In this document: positions 59,451 through 64,000 of the stretch, one piece after another
Layout of the letters: each line of letters begins with the position of its first letter
Numbering within the stretch: the first letter of the stretch is position 1
From: an uncultured Enterorhabdus sp.
Lineage (GTDB): Bacteria; Actinomycetota; Coriobacteriia; Coriobacteriales; Eggerthellaceae
Assembly (NCBI GenBank): GCA_947649205.1
Contig: CANSQM010000009.1
Coordinates: 4,757-68,756, forward strand
Direction: 5' to 3'
Length of the DNA stretch: 64,000 nucleotides
Notes under the pieces: model-generated
Databases searched by the model: none
The model's input: the letters and a program-made list of their open reading frames with translations, nothing else
What the model was told of the DNA's origin: nothing
Program-made: the position numbers and the translations under genes

Positions 59451-61370
59451 TCAGGACACTTCGGCGCGATGATGGGCCGCTCGCAGGGCATCCCCCAGAG
59501 CGCGGGACAGGCGCGGTGCCAGGTAGGCCAGGGTCGCCGCCAAGGTCGCGGGCACGAGGATACCGGCGGCCACGGGCTGGCCGGACACCGTGCTGCCCAC
59601 CTCTTCCCCGTACTCGGGAACGCCGAACAGGTAAGCGTAGATGACCAGCTCGGGGCGATCGATCTCGGCCCGCACATCGCCATCTCGCAGCCAGTTGCGC
59701 AGGGCCTTGGCACGGGCGACGATGTTGTTCCCCTCCACGGAGCGGCGCATGGTGTAGTTACCGAGCACGGCCGTGGCGCCGGCGGCGGCCAGGGCCAGCA
59801 GGGCCGGCAACCACCCGAGAGTGAAGAAGGAGATCATTGCCAGCAGGGCCACCAGGGCAGCGGCCAGCAGCACCACGCGCTGGGCGCGGCGGCTCCCCTG
59901 ATCGAAGAAGCGGTAGGGTTCCACCAGAGCCGTGAGCGACAGCTGCCACGCCTGCTCGGCCTGCAAAAACTCGCTCGGATGAGAGCGCGCGAAGGCAGCT
60001 GCGGTGCCCACGGAGAGCTCCTCGGCCCCTTCGGCCAGGGTGCGCAGCAGGCGCAGCGTGGCGCCGTCGAGGGCGGCCTCGGCCTCGGCCCGGGTCGCTT
60101 CGCCAGGGGCACGATCCTCCCCATCGGCCGCCGGAGCATCGCCTTCCGGCCCTGCGGCCACCACCGCGGACTCCCCGTCGGTCCGCTCCGCCTCGGCCCG
60201 GGACGTCGTTCGAGCGCCGAGGTCGGGCAGCAACACGAGGGCCGCCGGGCGCCCGTCGTCGTCGCGGCGCACCGTCAGGGCCCCGCGGCGCACCATATCG
60301 AGCACCGTGGCCACCACATCGTCGGGACTCTCGTGGTTCCAGCGCCACAGGCGTCCCATGACCGCCGGGGCAAGGCGCGCATCGGGCACTTCGTCCCCGT
60401 AGTCGCCGGTGAAGGCCGGCGGCCGCTCGCGGCCCCAGCGCCGATAGACGAGCAGCGCCCCCACGAGCACCAGCGCCGCCAGGCCCAGCAGCCCGATGAT
60501 GAGCCGCAGCTGGATGATGGTACGGTAGGTATCGCGATCGACCCACTCGGCCTCGTAGCGGGGCGTCCAGGAATACTGGGGGTTGCCCTGATTCGCCAGC
60601 CGCGCCTCGTCGCTCAGGTTAGTGAGCCAGTCCACGGGAAAGAGCACCCGGGCCTCGGCGAACTGGGTGGGCTCCACCTCGGGGTCGGTGAACGTGATCG
60701 ACCCGTCCAGGGCGATGGACACCGACCCGTCTGCCGGCCCGTGGCCCCAGGCGTACACGTTGTCCTCGGCCCGCACGGTGTCGTCGGCAGCCAAGGGTAG
60801 CACCACCTCGGCCGTCACGCTATCGAGGGCCACAGCGTAGTCCCGCGGCACGTACAGCCATTGGAAATCGGCGGCATCGTCGTAGGCCACCACGGCATCT
60901 TCCACCCGATAGGCCACCTCGAACACCACCCGGGAGGGCAGATGCCCCACGAAGGCGTACAGCCGATGCTGGAAGCGGTCGTAGGCCCAGGCATCGTTCT
61001 CGGGACCGCCCCCTGAGCGCCAGGGAAGCTGGAAGGTGGCCTCGGAAAGGTCCACCCATTCCCCGTCCACGGCCCCCTCGGCATTGGCCGGGGCCATGCG
61101 CACCCGCTCCACCACCAAGGTGGCGTCCTCGGGAAAGCCCTCGTAGAGCCACTTGAGGGTCTCGCGCTCGGTGCCGTCAAACTCGAAGATGCGCTGGTCG
61201 ACCACGGACACGGAACCGTCGGTCTGTACCTGGGCCACGAGGTCCACCTCGGTGCAGCGGTAGTCGGCCGCCCAGGCCGCAGGGGGCGCCACGGCTATCC
61301 ACAGCAGGGCGAGCACCACAGCGCCCAGGGCGCCGAGAAACCGCAGACTATGTCGCGACCGCTGACGCAC
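59451..61370 (-). CDS. DUF2207-family membrane protein (GTG start near 61370)
   Basis: QTDGSVSVVD, YRVEDAVVAYDD, AWGHGP, VRVLFP-like EARVLFP, TM pair, RNWLRD ending. Confidence 0.8.
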   Translation of the reverse strand: MRQRSRHSLRFLGALGAVVLALLWIAVAPPAAWAADYRCTEVDLVAQVQTDGSVSVVDQRIFEFDGTERETLKWLYEGFPEDATLVVERVRMAPANAEGAVDGEWVDLSEATFQLPWRSGGGPENDAWAYDRFQHRLYAFVGHLPSRVVFEVAYRVEDAVVAYDDAADFQWLYVPRDYAVALDSVTAEVVLPLAADDTVRAEDNVYAWGHGPADGSVSIALDGSITFTDPEVEPTQFAEARVLFPVDWLTNLSDEARLANQGNPQYSWTPRYEAEWVDRDTYRTIIQLRLIIGLLGLAALVLVGALLVYRRWGRERPPAFTGDYGDEVPDARLAPAVMGRLWRWNHESPDDVVATVLDMVRRGALTVRRDDDGRPAALVLLPDLGARTTSRAEAERTDGESAVVAAGPEGDAPAADGEDRAPGEATRAEAEAALDGATLRLLRTLAEGAEELSVGTAAAFARSHPSEFLQAEQAWQLSLTALVEPYRFFDQGSRRAQRVVLLAAALVALLAMISFFTLGWLPALLALAAAGATAVLGNYTMRRSVEGNNIVARAKALRNWLRDGDVRAEIDRPELVIYAYLFGVPEYGEEVGSTVSGQPVAAGILVPATLAATLAYLAPRLSRALGDALRAAHHRAEVS

Positions 61371-62041
61371 TACAGGCTCCGGAACGCCTGCCGCACGTCG
61401 TCGAGCACGTCGTTGTCGGCAACGACGATGGCCTTGTCCCCGGGATACAGCAGCGTGTCGGCGTTGGCCACTTCCACGTCGCCGCCGCTGGACACGGCCG
61501 CAATGAGAGCGTTCTCCGGCAGGGGAATCTCCTCGATGAGCACACCGTCCTCGTTGGAGAAATGGCGCATGCGCGGCACCGTCACCTCGGCGAGGGCCAC
61601 ATTGCCGTGGGTAAGCGATGAGACGACCGACACCGAGCCCAACAGGGCTTCCTCCTCGATGAGGTTCGCAATGAGGGTCGTGGAGGACACGCACTCGATG
61701 CCCACCTCGCGGAAGATGCGCTGGTTCTTCGGGTTGTTCACGCGAGCGATGCAGCGGGGCACGTGGAATACCCGCTGGGCGATCTCGCAGGACACCAGGT
61801 TGGAGTCGTCCTGGCCCGTCGTGGCCACGAACACGTCGGCACCGCGAATGCCGGCGTCCTCCTGGTAGCGGGAATCGCAGCCATCGCCATGGATGACCAG
61901 GTAGCGGCCTTCTAACTGTACCGAAAGGCGATCAGCCGTGGCCAGCTTCTGCTCGATCACGGCCACTTCGTTGCCGCTCTTCAGCATGATGGAGGCCAGG
62001 TAGGAACCGATTTTGCCGCCGCCGGCAATGACAATGTACAT
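61370..62041 (-). CDS. trkA: TrkA/KtrA-family potassium uptake protein
   Basis: IAGGGKIG, IHGDG, VATTGQDDSNL, IARVNNP; TrkA-C domain. Confidence 0.92.
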   Translation of the reverse strand: MYIVIAGGGKIGSYLASIMLKSGNEVAVIEQKLATADRLSVQLEGRYLVIHGDGCDSRYQEDAGIRGADVFVATTGQDDSNLVSCEIAQRVFHVPRCIARVNNPKNQRIFREVGIECVSSTTLIANLIEEEALLGSVSVVSSLTHGNVALAEVTVPRMRHFSNEDGVLIEEIPLPENALIAAVSSGGDVEVANADTLLYPGDKAIVVADNDVLDDVRQAFRSL

Positions 62042-62050
62042 GGGGCGTCC

Positions 62051-62713
62051 TTAATCCAGAATATAGCGCGAGAACTGGGAGATCACGTCGTGGCGCACGC
62101 AGGCGAGGATGGAGTCGCCGGCATAGAGCAGGGAATCGGCCGTCGGGATGGACGAGGCCGAGCCGTCGGCCCGCTCGAAGGCGATGATGCGCACCTCGTG
62201 GTCGCGCTCAAGCTCGGACACGCGCACGGTGCGGGCGTTGTCGCGGCTCGACAGATCCAGGGTGAAGCGCAGCACCTCGAACTCCCCGAAGGTGTCGATA
62301 TGGGAGCCGTGGCCCGACACGATCTTCGAGAACACGTCCTCGGCCACGAGCGACGTGCCGCACACGTAGTCGATGCCGAGCTGCATGTAGGCCCGCTCGT
62401 GATCGGGGTTGTAGAGGCGGGAAATGACATGGGGCACGCCGAACAGGTGGTTGGCCACCTCGGCGCACATGAGGTTCGCGTTGTCGAACTGGGTCACGGC
62501 CGCCAACACGTCGCACTCCTCCACGCCGGCCCGCAGCAGCACGTCCTCGTCGAAGCCCACGCCCTGCACGGTGCTGCCGTTGAAGTTGCGCCCCAAGTTC
62601 GCGAAGGCGTCGGCGTTCTTGTCGATGACGCAGACGTTGCTGCCGTTGTCGGACAGCATGTTGGCCAGCTGCGACCCCACGCGCCCGCAGCCCACGACAA
62701 TGACGTTGCTCAT
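62051..62713 (-). CDS. trkA: TrkA/KtrA-family potassium uptake protein
   Basis: VVGCGRVG, GVGFDEDVL..AG, DNANL, ISRLYNP. Confidence 0.92.
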   Translation of the reverse strand: MSNVIVVGCGRVGSQLANMLSDNGSNVCVIDKNADAFANLGRNFNGSTVQGVGFDEDVLLRAGVEECDVLAAVTQFDNANLMCAEVANHLFGVPHVISRLYNPDHERAYMQLGIDYVCGTSLVAEDVFSKIVSGHGSHIDTFGEFEVLRFTLDLSSRDNARTVRVSELERDHEVRIIAFERADGSASSIPTADSLLYAGDSILACVRHDVISQFSRYILD

Positions 62714-62845
62714 AGCCCGCAGTCCTCCCTTACCAAGCCGATAGTGAACTCATTATAGGCCCGCGAGCGCCCGTGGAATGCGGCAGCGCCCGCGACCGAC
62801 CATGCCCCTATACAAGAAAATGGCCGAAGCCATTTTCTCATTCTT

Positions 62846-63664
62846 TTAGATCTGCTGCATCTGGCCCAGCGTATCTCTGTACCAGTTGTCATAATTCGGG
62901 GGGCAATAGCGCATGGCGTAGGAATAGCTGATGGTGAAGCCGTAGCCGCGGGCCAAGCCGGCCACGTGGGCGCGGATGGCCGTGTCCCAATCGGGCCAGT
63001 GGGTCTGGTCCCAGCCCCAGGCGTTGTGGGACTTGAAGCACACGCGGCCCTTGGTGGACTCGGTGTTGGAAATGGCCGGCGACCAGCGCGGATCGATGCC
63101 CGCTTCCCAAGCGGCCTCGGCGAAAGTGGAGCCGTGGCCGGCCAAGGGGCTGCCGAACAGGTAATCATCGATGCGCTCGGCCCATTCGGCGATGAAGGCC
63201 TCGCGACCGACGGAGAAATCGACGTCGCCGGCGGGCAGGGAACCGAAGGTGGCGTAGTATTCAGAGCGGGTGGCGTCAGCCCGGGCGATGGCGCGCTGCT
63301 CGGCAGCGCGGGCCTCCTCCTCGGCGGCGATGCGGGCGGCCTCTTCCTCGGCGGCAATCTCGTCGACACCGGCGCTCACGTCGCGGGAGGACGCAGTCTG
63401 GAGAGAGGCGGCCTCGGCCACGTCTTCCACGGCCAGCATATCGGCATTGGATTTATCCTGCACCGTTTCGGGAGAAACCTCGCCCTCGGGGCGGTTCTCG
63501 GAGCTCATGCGCTCCAGACCGAAGGTGGTGGCGTTCGTATCATGGGAACCTGCAGAGGCCCATCCGAATCCGAGGAAGCCCACGGCCAGCATCGACAGCA
63601 CGCAGGCGGAAACCATCGTCAGAACGACAGCCCCCCGATGACTCTGCTTGCGACGAGTAACCAC
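62846..63664 (-). CDS. Membrane-anchored protein with C-terminal lysozyme-like (SLT/glucosaminidase-like) domain
   Basis: N-terminal TM helix, Ala/Glu-rich linker, GIDPR..AISNTESTKG..HNAWGW. Confidence 0.6.
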   Translation of the reverse strand: MVTRRKQSHRGAVVLTMVSACVLSMLAVGFLGFGWASAGSHDTNATTFGLERMSSENRPEGEVSPETVQDKSNADMLAVEDVAEAASLQTASSRDVSAGVDEIAAEEEAARIAAEEEARAAEQRAIARADATRSEYYATFGSLPAGDVDFSVGREAFIAEWAERIDDYLFGSPLAGHGSTFAEAAWEAGIDPRWSPAISNTESTKGRVCFKSHNAWGWDQTHWPDWDTAIRAHVAGLARGYGFTISYSYAMRYCPPNYDNWYRDTLGQMQQI

Positions 63665-63889
63665 TTACTTCCTTTCATGACAGCACGAAATCAGCCGCAG
63701 AAGCGGCAGCAGCGTGTTGGATTAAGGTAGGTGGTTTGCTGCAAGATGTTGCGCTCTATATTGTTTTCGACAGGGGCTATTTTAGCGTAGTTGGCCGCTG
63801 GCGCAAAAGCGGCAACGGCCGATGTTCACGTTTTGTTCGCTTGACAAAGCAGGCCCCTCGGGTTCCCGCAGGTGGAACGCGCGGACGCC

Positions 63890-64000
63890 CTAGGCAGTTG
63901 CGGAGGCGTCTCCACAACTTTCGTCGGCGATTTTGCGCACCCGAATAAGGGAGATGCGGCTGCGGCGCATCTTCTCCACTTTGAAGGAGAAGCCGTCCAC
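63890..64000 (-). CDS. C-terminus of a hemolysin/CNNM-family protein (CorC_HlyC domain), partial
   Basis: Manual translation VDGFSFKVEKMRRSRISLIRVRK...*. Confidence 0.65.
   Translation of the reverse strand: MDGFSFKVEKMRRSRISLIRVRKIADESCGDASATA

Overview
High-GC actinobacterial DNA, most consistent with Coriobacteriia/Eggerthellaceae (LAQTG sortase substrates, MobB-MobA fusion, DUF2975/XRE pair); the taxon is inferred, not searched. The core minus-strand block pyrH-frr-uppS-cdsA-dxr-rseP-ispG-proS (0.5-15 kb) is interrupted by two accessory inserts: a VaFE/SpaA surface protein and a YhcG-like nuclease. From about 15.1 to 38.4 kb lies an accessory island with no integrase. It holds an intact ~3,350-aa WapA-like Rhs polymorphic toxin (DNRLRE, LysM, YD repeats, PT-TG-like segment, AHH nuclease) and a downstream immunity/decayed-toxin array. 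Directly upstream on the same strand is an operon of a radical SAM/SPASM enzyme, an overlapping 64-aa Cys-containing candidate precursor peptide, a DUF2975 membrane protein and an XRE regulator, divergent from a LysR gene. A 41-bp box (35/41 identical) precedes both the rSAM operon and the Rhs gene, and a perfect copy of its core palindrome precedes the island lipoprotein gene. This points to a co-regulated RiPP plus Rhs system, the main candidate novelty. The rest holds htrA, a ~2,000-aa adhesin, an amino-acid ABC transporter, Fe-S and Moco genes, an AGCS symporter, two type II TA modules (one toxin has an in-frame stop) bracketing a mosaic LAQTG protein, aroK, DUF2207, two trkA genes and a lysozyme-like protein. 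No rRNA, tRNA, CRISPR array or transposase was recognised.
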